A stretch of 63,204 bases of DNA, counting the filler, from Octopus bimaculoides (Eukaryota): NCBI RefSeq assembly GCF_001194135.2. It is 6 parts of 4 records of this genome, joined end to end, with 100 filler letters (N's around TTAATTAATTAA, not from the genome) between each part and the next. Parts side by side here need not be neighbours in the genome. Positions count along the whole stretch, not along the records: positions 1 to 21,124 come from NC_068987.1; positions 21,225 to 23,882 come from NC_068993.1; positions 23,983 to 25,961 come from NW_026310210.1; 3 more parts are not named here. One strand, written 5' to 3'. Under the pieces are notes generated by a model, which was not told where the DNA came from, ran no database searches, and worked only from the letters and a program-made list of their open reading frames with translations. The translations under genes were made by a program, and so were the position numbers. This document shows, one piece after another, positions 12,901 through 25,582 of this stretch (positions are counted from its first letter, which is position 1; each line of letters begins with the position of its first letter).

Positions 12901-14107
12901 CAAGCTGACAATGAATTAAACATTTACGGTAGAGTATGATAATGAATCGAATATTTTAATTCAATGAAACTTTTTTGCAGATAGACTGGTATTTTCGATT
13001 AGAGTTGCTAATGGGAAACCAGCAAGCACAACATGTAATCGTAATAGTGTCAGTTAAGAAACAACTCGGAATGAGAGATAATTTGGGTTTTAATGCTAAT
13101 GGTTAATGTATAAGACGTGATTCTATCTAATTAGTCTGTAACAATACTTATTCTACACGTGCGTTAAGAAAATGAATGTATTACATATACATAAATATAT
13201 ATACCTGCACTTTTTGCAGTGTTTGGTTTATGTAAATTTGTTTATAGATGTAAACATAATTTGAAGTCTCTCAACACTTTTCTAGAAAATAGAATATTTA
13301 CTAAAATATTGTTATTTACCAGCCAATAAATTTATGCAAGGACAATGATTCAACATTTCTTTGTGGTTGACCTCGCCATTAGGTGATACGTATTGTTTTT
13401 CTAGCCCTATATATTTTCATGAAATGTCCCTCGGTTATCATTCATCTCCTCATCTAACCATACATTTCTCTGTGTTACGTACACAGAAGGTAACAAGAAA
13501 CCGTATTGTAAATTTTGGAATTCTTTTTGTTCGAGTAAGACCAGAGAACACGACACGAAAAGAATGTAAAACAATTAAGCGCATGACCGTGTATATTGTT
13601 GGAAAGAAAGGCGTGTTTTTGTTTTGTTGTTTCTGTACTTGTTTTCCTTGATATGTTTTGCTGATGAAAAGCATCTGAAAAAAGATAAAAGACCAAATAA
13701 GAAGTGTCGTTGATCAATTTGTAGAAACTACTCATTAATGTGTGTAGTCTCCCAATGATGACAAAATAACAAGATATATATTGCGATTGATCTTTGAAAG
13801 GGAACTGAACATATATGGTATATTCATGCACAATTACACACATGCGTGTAACACAAGCACGCACAAACGTATATGTACGTGTATACAGACTACCAATCAA
13901 CAAAGGCACGCACACACATACATACACATATATACGTATGAAAGTCTTTGTTCACATAGATACAGAGATCACATTTTTTTCTTCCTTTACGAGTATATTT
14001 ACACATCAAACGAACACATTTTTATTGCGATTTGAAAACATGTTTATATATACATTGTACACGTGCCTCTATCTATCTATCTATCTATCTATCTGTGTGT
14101 GTGTTTG

Positions 14108-14138
<31 letters not shown>

Positions 14139-14884
14139 GTTCACACATATAAACACACTCACACACTGCACATACACACACATATANNNNNNNNNNNNNN
14201 NNNNNNNNNNNNNNNNNNNNNNNNNNNNNNNNNNNNNNNNNNNNNNNNNNNNNNNNNNNNNNNNNNNNNNNNNNNNNNNNNNNNNNNNNNNNNNNNNNNN
14301 NNNNNNNNNNNNNNNNNNNNNNNNTATATATAAATATATATATATATACACATATATATATATAAACGTATATATGCTTATATGATATGTGAGAGAATGT
14401 GTCTGCGTGAGTGTGTATAAGTGTGTATGTGCATGTATCCAGGTATATGTGTAAGCATATATGGATTATGTGAGTGTGTGCGCGCGTATGTGTTTTGAGT
14501 GTCAATATGTATGCTTTTCTCGGAAAGGGAAATACACATCGTATGTAATACACCATGTCCAAAATACTTACGTAATAAAGTTTTATTTCAAGAATGGAGT
14601 AAACAACATCGTTACTCTATTGATACATCACGACGATATTAGAGTATAAATATTAACAGATTTTTATCCGTAAATGCATTTGCAAATAACGAACGTCTAA
14701 AAATAAGTTTTATTTATTGCTATCATAAAATCGTCCAATTCTATCATTTCTAATAGAAAACATTCAACATATTTCTTAAACCAATTAGTAAATTCTAACA
14801 AATTTAAGTCTCAAATTCGATACCACTCACCAATTTTTCCACATCTTTATTTCGTCCGTCTTTCCATTCTCTGTTCAAATTTTG

Positions 14885-15220
14885 CTGCGGTCGATTTTGC
14901 TTTCCATTATTTCGGGGTCGATGAATTCAGCACCAGTAGAGGACAGGGTTCGGCGTAATCGGAACTCAAAATTCTTGTAACATTTGTAACCAAAATTGTT
15001 TGTTTAATTAAGGCAACAAGCTGGCAGAATTTTCAAACACCGGCTAAAATGTTTAGCATCGTTTCGGCCGTTGTTACATTCTGAGTTCGAATTCGGTCGA
15101 AGTCAACTTTGCCTTTCATTTATTCGGGTTCAATGAGATAAGTACCGGTTGAGCAGTTAAGTCGATATAATCGACATACCTCCTCTTCTAAAATTGCTGG
15201 CCTTATGCCAAAATATGAAA
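14885..15220 (+). mobile_element. SINE family A: 3' fragment (14885-14995) followed by a full copy (15010-15220)
   Basis: Family A head, B-box-like GAGTTCGAATTC and central GCCTTTCAT..GGGTC/TTC..AAGTACC motif. Confidence 0.75.
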
Positions 15221-15989
15221 TGAATACTGTTTGGCTATTTGCTTCGGTTTTGGTTTTGGTTTCTTTCCTTCCTCAACCATATTACATGGAATCCTGCAGA
15301 AACCATCAATGTAAAAATGTCTATTGTAACCAACACTGTATGCCCCGCAGAAAAAAACTGACTTGGCTTACATTATCAAATGTTTATCTTTCATTTGAAA
15401 ATCTTGAGAATGTGTAGAGAGACAGCGTTGCGTAATATTTCAGAGAGGGTACAATAACCTGTGGAAGGTACCTAAGCGACCCTCAAGCTATGTCTTCTCA
15501 TATAATTGCTTAATAGATTGTGATTCATCAAGTTTTATTCTGCTTCTCTTTGAAGAAATCTTTCTGTCTCCCAGATGCTAAAATACAGAAATACTCCCTC
15601 TGTAATCCTTACCCGAGGTATTACAAAGAATACATGTATGATTATATTAACATTTCTCACCTTGTAGCAATTACGATTCATTAATTTTATTTGCTGAACG
15701 AAACGACCAGATCGCCTTCTTAATGATTAGTAACAATTATGTTAACTACTGTTTATATATTGAATTATAGCACAAATCATAGAATTATTGTTAGAGGAAA
15801 GACGGCTTGGGATTACCACCGATAGATTCTCTTCCAAAATATGCAATTATGCATACGTCTTCTTCATAATAGTTATCTCCATACATTCATATATTAATCA
15901 ATCATTTAATGAACCTATATATGTGCACATACATGTATATGTGTGTGTGTGACTACACAGACAGACCGACACACACATATACATATGTA

Positions 15990-15992
<3 letters not shown>

Positions 15993-16084
<92 letters not shown>
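15993..16084. repeat. (AG)n microsatellite
   Basis: Seen directly. Confidence 0.95.
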
Positions 16085-16086
<2 letters not shown>

Positions 16087-16699
16087 ACCTTGTTAGGTAC
16101 GCGTACGGTAAACCCAATACATGTCTACTACATATAACAAAACATCGACTGTAGTGTATTGAAAATCTAAGATAAAGCCAGTGGAGTTTCACGACAGAAT
16201 AACGGAAATCAATTCAGGCCCGAAAGCGGAATGGTGTCTTGGATTTCTTGAAATGTCTTTACTGTAAGAAGAATATACCCGCAAAGAAACGTCTGCTTTC
16301 GGAGAGGTGAATGCGTTCATCAAAATTTCTTTGCTGTAAAATTGATTCCGTTGTGAAGGACAGCCGATTGACCCCGGTAGGGAAACTTGTCTTTGGCATT
16401 AGAAAATATAAGCCAAAAATCAAAAGTTGTATAAATCAAACTGATTTTACTATAACAACTGGATTGAGTCGAAGAATAATCATTATATCAGATGAAAAAA
16501 GAGAATCTCACTATTCATATAAGACTTTTAACCGAAAGTATTTCTTTCTGAAGGTAGACTGGAGATTCGTTCCTAGCGTTCATGTTCTAATGCACTGTGG
16601 GACGCTAAGTTTCCTCATTTAACATGATGAACGGATGAGAAAATATGTGAAAGTCTAAAAATAAAGAGAACACTAAAATTAGCCTGTTTCTTTCTCAAG

Positions 16700-16960
16700 A
16701 ACGTGGTTTTGGTCCTACAGCGTGGAGGCTTGGGCAACTGTTTTACTATAGCCTTGGGTCGAACCAAGCCATTGTTAGTGGATTAGTAAGGCGGAAACTG
16801 AAAAAGCCCCTCATATATATATATGTGTGTGTGTGTGCGTGTCTTTGTGACAAGCGGTATTGGTGTGCTTAAATCACCGTAAACTGGTGGTTCGGTAAAA
16901 AGGCTCATTGAATAAGCAGTGTGATTAAAAGATAGGTACTTAGCTTGGACTCAGTCTACT
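16700..16960 (+). mobile_element. SINE family B, diverged, with internal (TA)(TG) tract
   Basis: CTTGGGCAA..TTTACTATAGCCTTGGGTCGA..GCGGAAACTGAAAAAGCCC, then microsatellite, then GACAAGCGG..GGTGTG..GGTTCGG tail. Confidence 0.6.
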
Positions 16961-17619
16961 CTCCTGTGATGGAAAATTCAACTAAAAGTGTACTCCGTCG
17001 AGTGAGAGATAAATATTATTTATTTAAAGGACACAATGCATGTTTTGTTTTAAGTAGTACTAATAGTTTCATATGTTCAGAAATATCTCAGGCATAATTC
17101 ATCAGGCACAAACTACATATCATAACGAAGTAAAAAAAAAAAAATGAACGGTATAGGAAACGCGAAAAAAAAAATGTGAAAGTTGCATTTAGAAAACACG
17201 GAAGCTTTAAAAAAACGGAAAACGAAAATACAAACGCTAAAATGTTAAAAGTAAAATGTAAAAAAGGTAAAAGAGTTATCCCCCTTAAACCTTAAATTTT
17301 AAGGCTGGAAAGATATCAACAAATTAGAAAGGGATTTTCCAATTCTTCAAAATATATTTATGCATATTCTTGCAACCGCAAAATTCACACCTAGTGTTCA
17401 GTTGAAGTTTTGGAACGTTAAAAATGAACAGAATATGCGCTCTTTCAACTAAACAATTCCTACATTTATTCGATCCATTAACATAAGGTATGTATTTCTC
17501 AATAATTTCCCACGTGGTGTTTCGTTATCTTTCAAACTCCATACGTAGCTAGCAAACGTGGTAGCTATGCTTTTATCGTTATGGCGAATGAGGCTATGTG
17601 AATAGCATAGCGATTTTTA

Positions 17620-18344
17620 AATTCTCCTTCACATAATCCAATATATGTCTTATATGTTGTATTATAATTTAGAGTTGCAGTAACTTCTATTATAGATTTA
17701 ATCATACATCATTGGTGAATTGGACAGAATCCTAGGTCGCGACAGTTACAGCTCTTAGTATTGACCACGTGTTGTGATACACTTCGTATTACGGCAGCAA
17801 CTATATCATAATTTCACAGATCACCTATTAAATAGCTTCCTGTTTCCTGTCAGTTACTAGAAAGTGTTTGATTAAGAGAGACAGGAATATTTTACCTATG
17901 TTAGTTTCTTCTTTATATTAAGGGAAAAGGAGAAGGCAAACCAAATAGTTTTCCTTGGCCTATTTTAGGTCTCTTATTATTATTCTGATTAATATTACAG
18001 GGGTTATGTATTTCTTTATCTTTTAAACCATTATTGGTATAGCCATTGTTATAGTTAGGGTTTGCATTCTCGAAAATTTCTTTAGAGGAAGAGAGGTTAG
18101 ACACTGTTACGAATATTAGCGATCAGGTTCTTAAATGTTGCAATAGCGTGAGAAGACTGTGTATATGCAAGTTTCTCATTAGGCTTATAAAAAGTTTCAT
18201 AGGAGGAGGAGTTGAGAGGTCTACGGAAACATCTGAACAATCAACTATCGACACATTAGTAGCAACTATAATTTTAAGGCCTAATTGTTTAAGGATAGAA
18301 ATATGTTGCTTTCTAAATTTAATACGGGTGAGAACATCACACTC

Positions 18345-18385
<41 letters not shown>

Positions 18386-18720
18386 GATATACTAATATAA
18401 TAATACGATGAAAGTAAACAAAGTTTGTCTTTAGAAACATTGAGATGTATTGTAAGAAACAGAAATAAATTTATTTCTCGAATAAAGATCTGTAGGGAAA
18501 CAACAATTAAACCGGTCTGTTTCCAAAACATATTCTATCCCTGAAGAAATGAACTCCATTATTGCTTACAGCTGATTTGGTAATTTCATCACGTGATATT
18601 TTATGAATGCTTTAGTTTTAGTGCAGACATCCTATTAATTCATAGTAATCTAATTCTGTTTGCCTGTTTGTTTTTCTGGACTGCTTTGATTTCGCGGTTA
18701 ATTACCGCGACATTTGTTTC
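17620..18720 (-). mobile_element. Penelope-like RT relic interrupted by a (TA)(TG) microsatellite
   Basis: Minus-strand KQHISILKQLGLKIIVATNVSIVDCSDVSVDLST (cf. LGLKITIxTNLxxVNFLDVTLDL), SNLSSSKEIFENANPNYNN, FGLPSPF (cf. IWFNPPF). Confidence 0.75.
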
Positions 18721-20269
18721 TCTTTGATTTCGCTTAAAACATGTTGACATATCTATGATATACTGCAATAGAGAATGTTTCGAGAAATTTATTAACAATT
18801 ACACCATAATCAACAATAATTATAGGATTATTAAATGATTTCAGTTAATTTCATGGAATATACTAGAATTGCCAAAAAATATTTCTAAGAGTTAGTAGTT
18901 GGAACTCATCTTAAAACTTGAATAAAATCATTCGTCATTTGATTTTTACATGAAATGGTTAAATGCACAACTTGTAATTACAAAACACTAATTACTTTCC
19001 AATCACATAGTGAACATCAAGACATATACACAGGATGGAACCACAGTATAGTGACTCACCATTTATGCTCGATTCCCTTCTATGTTTAGTTAAGTGTGTA
19101 TACATTTGATTGCGCTCAGGTTAATTTCTGAAATGCATTTACGTAATTTTTGCTTTCAGTTATGCAAGATGCCTTTTATAGTATAGATTCAGCAATATCA
19201 CCTCTAGGTACGTATTTTTCTGATTAAGTATTTGCAATAAAGCACCCAGGCAATATATACCTGTTTTGACAGGATGGTCATATAAGTTGGTTCATTATAT
19301 GATTTGGGGAGTTTCTGATAGGTAGATTTAGACGACGGGGCGAAAGAAAACTGATCTTATATCTCCGCTAGACAGTCAGTAATGAGCTTCTCTTTATTTT
19401 CCCGATTTTATATTATTTTTTCTCATTTCGTCTCTTATCTGAGACCATGTTTTATAAGATTTGGCTTCCTTGTGTTCTATATACAATCAAATTTCATGGT
19501 TCTTAATCTTCACTTGGTAACACAGCATCCATTTGAAATTAATGTAACTACATCATTTGAAGATTTACTAAAATAGAAGAGCTAAAGTAGTGATGCATAC
19601 CAACTCGTTTGTGGTGTTGCGTTAAGTTTCAATGTTTAGCTCGCCTTTAATAAAATCATTTTGGATTTGCGTCGATATCTTTCCTTTCAAAATGGAATTA
19701 TTTCTTCTTTGATAACAACGTAATATTTACGATGAGTTCTCTTCCAATATTTCTTTAGTTTCAATTATAACTTCTTTCACGTCCTATAATTCTGTAGTAA
19801 AGTAAGGATGTAAAACGATCATAGAAATAGAAATGTTTATCTTTTATGTCCATTTCTATATTTCGGTTATCTTTGTAGGATTTGAGAATTATGCTCCTGA
19901 TTGATAAATACATTATCATCCGATCCGGCAGATAAAGGTTTATATCTTACATGTGACGACAGGTATTTCAGTTTCTATCTTGACATATTGTTTGCACCAA
20001 ATAAAGAGCACTATTTCTCTTTTTAATCTGGAGAAAACAATTGTGGTTGGTATTGTTTCACATGTTTTGATGTGTCTCAACCTGACCAGTGAAGCAATGG
20101 TTATTTGCTTCAGCACTGCCTTTACACGTTGAGGTCGAGTTGTAAGTTGTAAGTGCGAGCATTTTCAATATATTACTTATTTGATGAAAAATAAAACAAA
20201 TACGTTACAAGAAGCAAACTCAATTACACACAGCCGCGACATTCAGATTATTTGTCATTGTTCTAAACA

Positions 20270-20445
20270 TGACCATCACCATCACTACGACGATGATGAT
20301 CACCATCATCATCGTCATCACTATAATCATTGCAATTATCATCATCATCATCATCATCGTCGTCGTCGTCGTCGTTGTCGTCATCATCATCATCTTCATC
20401 ATCATCTTCAGCAGCAGCAACAGCAGTAGCGTTATCGTTATCATT
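20270..20445. repeat. Compound trinucleotide microsatellite (CAT/CAC/CGT/CAG)
   Basis: Seen directly; source of poly-His/Asp/Ser pseudo-ORFs. Confidence 0.95.
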
Positions 20446-20479
20446 AAAGACGTCGCAAATGTCCAATATCATAATGTTG

Positions 20480-21025
20480 CGAGTTGAAGATATTGTATCT
20501 ACTGGGGATTTATACTGTCTGTCAAGTCACAACAACGAGCTGAGACAGACAAAGTCCTGCTGGTTTTATTATATGTTTGTTTGAATATGTTTTTACCATA
20601 CCTAAGGCACCTACTATGATAGGAATTGTTCCTGTTTTGGCTCCACATTCGAGTTACGACTATTTCCAGATCTTTGTATTTTGAAAGTCTCTCCATTTCT
20701 TTTGGAGAAATGTTGTGACCTGTATCAATACATTCATTTGAAAGCAGTTTTTTCTAGATGAACTCTGACAATTATATCCGGCCTATTAGCCTTAATTTTT
20801 CATATATGTGCGTATTGGTATATCACAAACGATGGTTGCATTCTTATTTACTCTAACCTTTTCGGTGGGGGGGGGATACCACAATTTCTCTGTTGTTATT
20901 CCAGAGTTTATTATTATTATTATTATTATTTTATGTTTGACTTTTGTTTTGCATTTGTACAAGGTAGCTTTTGCACATTTATCAAGGCCCAATAGCATCC
21001 TGATGTCATCACTGAATTGTTTAAC
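20480..21025 (-). mobile_element. R4/Dong-like (RLE-endonuclease) non-LTR retrotransposon relic, internally deleted
   Basis: QFSDDIRMLLGLDKCAKAT (RT), then after a short (TAA)n: PTEKVRVNKNATIVCDIPI, and KEMERLSKYKDLEIVVTRMW (RLE C-terminus). Confidence 0.8.
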
Positions 21026-21026
21026 A

Positions 21027-21124
<98 letters not shown>
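21027..21124. repeat. (ATT)n microsatellite running into a gap
   Basis: Seen directly. Confidence 0.95.
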
Positions 21125-21224
21125 NNNNNNNNNNNNNNNNNNNNNNNNNNNNNNNNNNNNNNNNNNNNTTAATTAATTAANNNNNNNNNNNNNNNNNNNN
21201 NNNNNNNNNNNNNNNNNNNNNNNN
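21125..21224. other. Assembly gap marker 44N-TTAATTAATTAA-44N (also at 23927, 26006, 37900, 56147)
   Basis: Identical 12-mer embedded in N runs totalling 100 bp at five sites; artificial. Confidence 0.95.
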
Positions 21225-21739
21225 TTTAAAGGTACCTCTTGTATTTAACAGGAATCTTACTAAGGCAAGGATTTAAAATATTCTTCATAAATTTTCCGTT
21301 CAGTTCAAAAAGATCTTTATTTTTGCCTAGTTTATTGTATATATTCATATTCTTTTGCTTTAAAATTCAGGCCCTGTGGTTTAGCATAATGACTGAAAAA
21401 GGTGGGGATAGCATGTTGTTTTAATTAAATAAATAAAAAACTTAACCCAAAACTATAATTTCCCTTTAAAAAAAAGGATCCAATTCTTTCTTCAAAAAGT
21501 TCATGTACATACATATATACATACATACATACACACATACATACATATGTTTGTAAGTATGCATTTGTGTGATTGAGTAATGCCTATAGTCAGTACACAT
21601 TTCAAACACATAACTGCCAAAAATGCTAACAAATTGTATGGTTTCTTCGAAATGATTTGTGATAGTTTTTATATAATTTTATTGTTAGAGCAGTGGATCA
21701 TCACAATCATTAGACTATTGGATAAAATACTTTGTAATA

Positions 21740-22113
21740 TTTGTTCCAATTCTTTAAGTTCTGAGTTCAAGTCCTACTAAGTTCAGCTTTAATTTCATAA
21801 AGTAATAAAATAATTACTGGAAAAAATTATTGTTTGGTTAAATCAATAGGCAAACTCTTAGTCCTAAATTTGTGGAGCTTATATTTCAGTTAGGAATTAT
21901 TATAATTATTATATTTGTTACATTTAATCAGATGATTGGTAAAATCACTGGAACCTGGAACAAAATTCTTTACAGCATTCAATTAAGTCCATTTACATTT
22001 TGAGTTCAAATCCAACTGCGGTTAATTTGTCTTTCATTGTTCCAGGGATGGTAAAATAAAGTACAAGTCAAGTACTGGTGCCCTGCTGGCTTTGTGCCTA
22101 AAACAGAAATTAC

Positions 22114-22191
<78 letters not shown>

Positions 22192-22645
22192 CATCAAGGT
22201 GGCGAGCTGGCAGAAACATTAGCATGCCAGGTGAAATGCTTAGTGGTATTTCATCTGTATTTACGTTCTGAGTTCAAATTCCGCCGAAGTCGACTTTGCC
22301 TTTCATCTTTTCGGGGTTGATAAATTAAGTACCAGTTGCTTACTGGAGTCGATCTAATCGACTGGCCCCCTCCCCAAAAATTTCAGGCCTTGTGCCTAGA
22401 GTAGAAAAGAATTATTATTATTGTTATTATTAGACAGCAAGCTAGCAGAAATGTTAACATGCCAGACCTAATGCTTAGCAGCATTTCATCTGTCTTTGTG
22501 TTCTGAGTTCAAATTCTACTGAGGTCAACTTTGCCTTTCATCCTTCCATAGTCAATAAGATAAGTACTCGTCAAGTACTGGAGTTGATGAAATTGATTCC
22601 CCTCTCCATTCATAACTGCTGGCCTAGTGCCAAATTTAGGAATTA
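21740..22645 (+). mobile_element. Head-to-tail cluster of four SINE family A copies of different ages
   Basis: GAGTTCAA core recurs near 21763, 22004, 22271 and 22505; copies separated by (ATT)n tails; 22196-22410 is near-consensus. Confidence 0.85.
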
Positions 22646-23844
22646 TTATTATTATCTTTATTATTATTATCATTATCATTATTATCATCATCATCATCTT
22701 TATTATTATTATACATTTTTATATTATTATTATCATTATTAACATCATCATTACTGTTATTATTATTAATATCATTGTTGTTGTTATTGGATTTATGGTT
22801 ACTTAGAAAATTGTTTGGTGGAAACAGTATATTTTTTAGATATAATTAAAAGAAATATTCCTAAAAAAATGTACATTAAACTAAGAGAATTCTTGCCTTT
22901 CCTGCCAATTACTTAGAAAACAATATTATAGAATTATTTTGCTTTAAACATATCAATCTCTCATCAAAAAATCATATTATCAAATGGATTAGCTTTGATC
23001 TCAAAAATATTCTTCAAAGATAAATTTTCATACTGCAAAGTGATATCATTTTCTAACATCGTCTTTCATCTCAATTATCATTACTATAATGTAGATGTTC
23101 CTTAATTTCAAGTTGGCCTAATTTAAACTCAAAATTAAAAGTTGTTATCTTCAGTGAATACATTACAACATTACTTTTATAAACATTACAAATTTTCATT
23201 ACTATTAAGGTGACAGCATGCATGAGACTTATTGCTAAGCACTGTTAGCTAACAAGGGCCAGTACACACAGAATTACAATATAAATTCTATTCAGAATAT
23301 CTTTGATTTCTATAATCAATATGCAATGTACTTATGTCTTATTTGAACATAAAACAAGAGCCTGAACAGTACATCATATGCTTGGTGTTTTTATTGTGCC
23401 ACCAAACATTGAATGCTACGGAATGCCATGTACCAGATCAGACAGAAGAATGCCAAGTTTTAGATTTGGTTTCTGTCTCTTAAGTCTCAGGTTCTTTGAC
23501 TCTGTCAATTAAAACCAAGTGATATAACTTTCCTAGAATAAGAATACCCAACCACATTATAAAAACCAATATTTTTCTATATGTTATTTAATTGATGCGT
23601 ACATTATTCAAATGGATGGCTGAATAACTCCTTTCCAGTTTAAAGTGTCCAGAATTACATTTTTATCCCAAGTTTTTCAGTAGTTATGACTTTCTTTAAA
23701 TCTCACCTAAAATTTATGAGAAAATATTGCAGCACTTCAATAAATATTATGAATCAATCTTACCTTTGCTCACAGGGCTACATTTATGTGTGAGTTTAGA
23801 TGTAGAAGGCTTTCTTACAAATTCTCAAAACCTGTTTCTTCATA

Positions 23845-23882
<38 letters not shown>

Positions 23883-24011
23883 NNNNNNNNNNNNNNNNNN
23901 NNNNNNNNNNNNNNNNNNNNNNNNNNTTAATTAATTAANNNNNNNNNNNNNNNNNNNNNNNNNNNNNNNNNNNNNNNNNNNNATATATGTATAATGTATG
24001 TATATATATAT

Positions 24012-24310
24012 ATCATCATCATCATCGTTTAACGTCCGCTTTCCATGCTAGCATGGGTTGGATGATTTGACTGAGGACTGGTGAACCAGATGGCTACACC
24101 AGGCTCCAATCTGATTTAGCAGAGTTTCTACAGCTGGATGCCCTTCCTAACACCAACCACTCCGAGAGTGTAGTGGGTGCTTTTACGTGCCACCAGCACA
24201 AAGCCAGCCAGGCGGTACTGGCAACAGCCACGCTCAAAATGATGTATTTTATGTGACACCTCCACAGGAGCCAGTCCAGCGGCACTGGCAACGATCTCAC
24301 TTGGATGTCC
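24012..24310 (-). mobile_element. SINE family D with (GAT)n tail
   Basis: GC-rich island; reverse strand has GGTTGGTGTTAGGAAGGGCATCCAGCTGTAGAAAC and ends GCGGACGTTAAACGATGATGATGAT. Confidence 0.7.
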
Positions 24311-24329
24311 TTACACGTGCCAACACATA

Positions 24330-24733
24330 AAACAAATTGATGTAGTTGTATGCTCAACATACCATCCACCAAATACCACAAAGCAGGAGGGTATATTTGA
24401 GGATAGCCTCAGATGCATAGAAGAGGTCTTGACAAATCTGAACCAACACATCAATATACTTTTCCTTGGCAACTTTAACCGCCCAAATGTTAAATGGCCT
24501 GAAGGTCACATCCTCTCTGAGATGTCACTGCATGAACAAAGCCAGGCAAAATCTTTGTTAGAACTCTCCAACATGCTGTTCATGGAACAAGTGATACTCC
24601 AACCAGCCAGGGGAAGCAATATTTTAGATCTCTGCTTCACAAACAATGTGAGCCTAATCCATAATGTGAAAGTAACACCTACATCTCTCTCAGATCATAA
24701 CATTATAGAATTAACAATGTATGGTCCTAGACA
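24330..24733 (+). mobile_element. CR1/L2-like LINE, APE endonuclease C-terminal part
   Basis: Open frame KQIDVVVCSTYHPP...LGNFNRP...QPARGSNILDLCFTN...TSLSDHNII (Y.PP, G[D]FN, LDL, SDH motifs); runs into gap. Confidence 0.9.
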
Positions 24734-25582
24734 NNNNNNNNNNNNNNNNNNNNNNNNNNNNNNNNNNNNNNNNNNNNNNNNNNNNNNNNNNNNNNNNNNN
24801 NNNNNNNNNNNNNNNNNNNNNNNNNNNNNNNNNNNNNNNNNNNNNNNNNNNNNNNNNNNNNNNNNNNNNNNNNNNNNNNNNNNNNNNNNNNNNNNNNNNN
24901 NNNNNNNNNNNNNNNNNNNNNNNNNNNNNNNNNNNNNNNNNNNNNNNNNNNNNNNNNNNNNNNNNNNNNNNNNNNNNNNNNNNNNNNNNNNNNNNNNNNN
25001 NNNNNNNNNNNNNNNNNNNNNNNNNNNNNNNNNNNNNNNNNNNNNNNNNNNNNNNNNNNNNNNNNNNNNNNNNNNNNNNNNNNNNNNNNNNNNNNNNNNN
25101 NNNNNNNNNNNNNNNNNNNNNNNNNNNNNNNNNNNNNNNNNNNNNNNNNNNNNNNNNNNNNNNNNNNNNNNNNNNNNNNNNNNNNNNNNNNNNNNNNNNN
25201 NNNNNNNNNNNNNNNNNNNNNNNNNNNNNNNNNNNNNNNNNNNNNNNNNNNNNNNNNNNNNNNNNNNNNNNNNNNNNNNNNNNNNNNNNNNNNNNNNNNN
25301 NNNNNNNNNNNNNNNNNNNNNNNNNNNNNNNNNNNNNNNNNNNNNNNNNNNNNNNNNNNNNNNNNNNNNNNNNNNNNNNNNNNNNNNNNNNNNNNNNNNN
25401 NNNNNNNNNNNNNNNNNNNNNNNNNNNNNNNNNNNNNNNNNNNNNNNNNNNNNNNNNNNNNNNNNNNNNNNNNNNNNNNNNNNNNNNNNNNNNNNNNNNN
25501 NNNNNNNNNNNNNNNNNNNNNNNNNNNNNNNNNNNNNNNNNNNNNNNNNNNNNNNNNNNNNNNNNNNNNNNNNNNNNNNNNN

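Noticed and set aside
12673-12904. 76-aa minus-strand ORF with a good acceptor, stop and AATAAA, looking like a terminal exon
   Set aside because: Adjacent frames give CR1/L2-like RT motifs (VQDLGINL, WIPTT, MVLWGTF, SHSVNLIAEL) and it continues into a LINE 3' end; it is a frameshifted LINE relic.
15205-15417. Signal-peptide-like, Cys-rich 70-aa ORF
   Set aside because: Starts inside a SINE-A tail; hydrophobic part is T-rich low complexity; no supporting exon structure.
20181-20584. Poly-His/Asp/Ser/Ile ORFs, and CV/HT/YI-repeat ORFs throughout
   Set aside because: Translations of microsatellites, open in several frames.
21169-21180. Recurrent palindrome TTAATTAATTAA at five sites
   Set aside because: Always centred in 44N+44N runs; an assembly gap marker.
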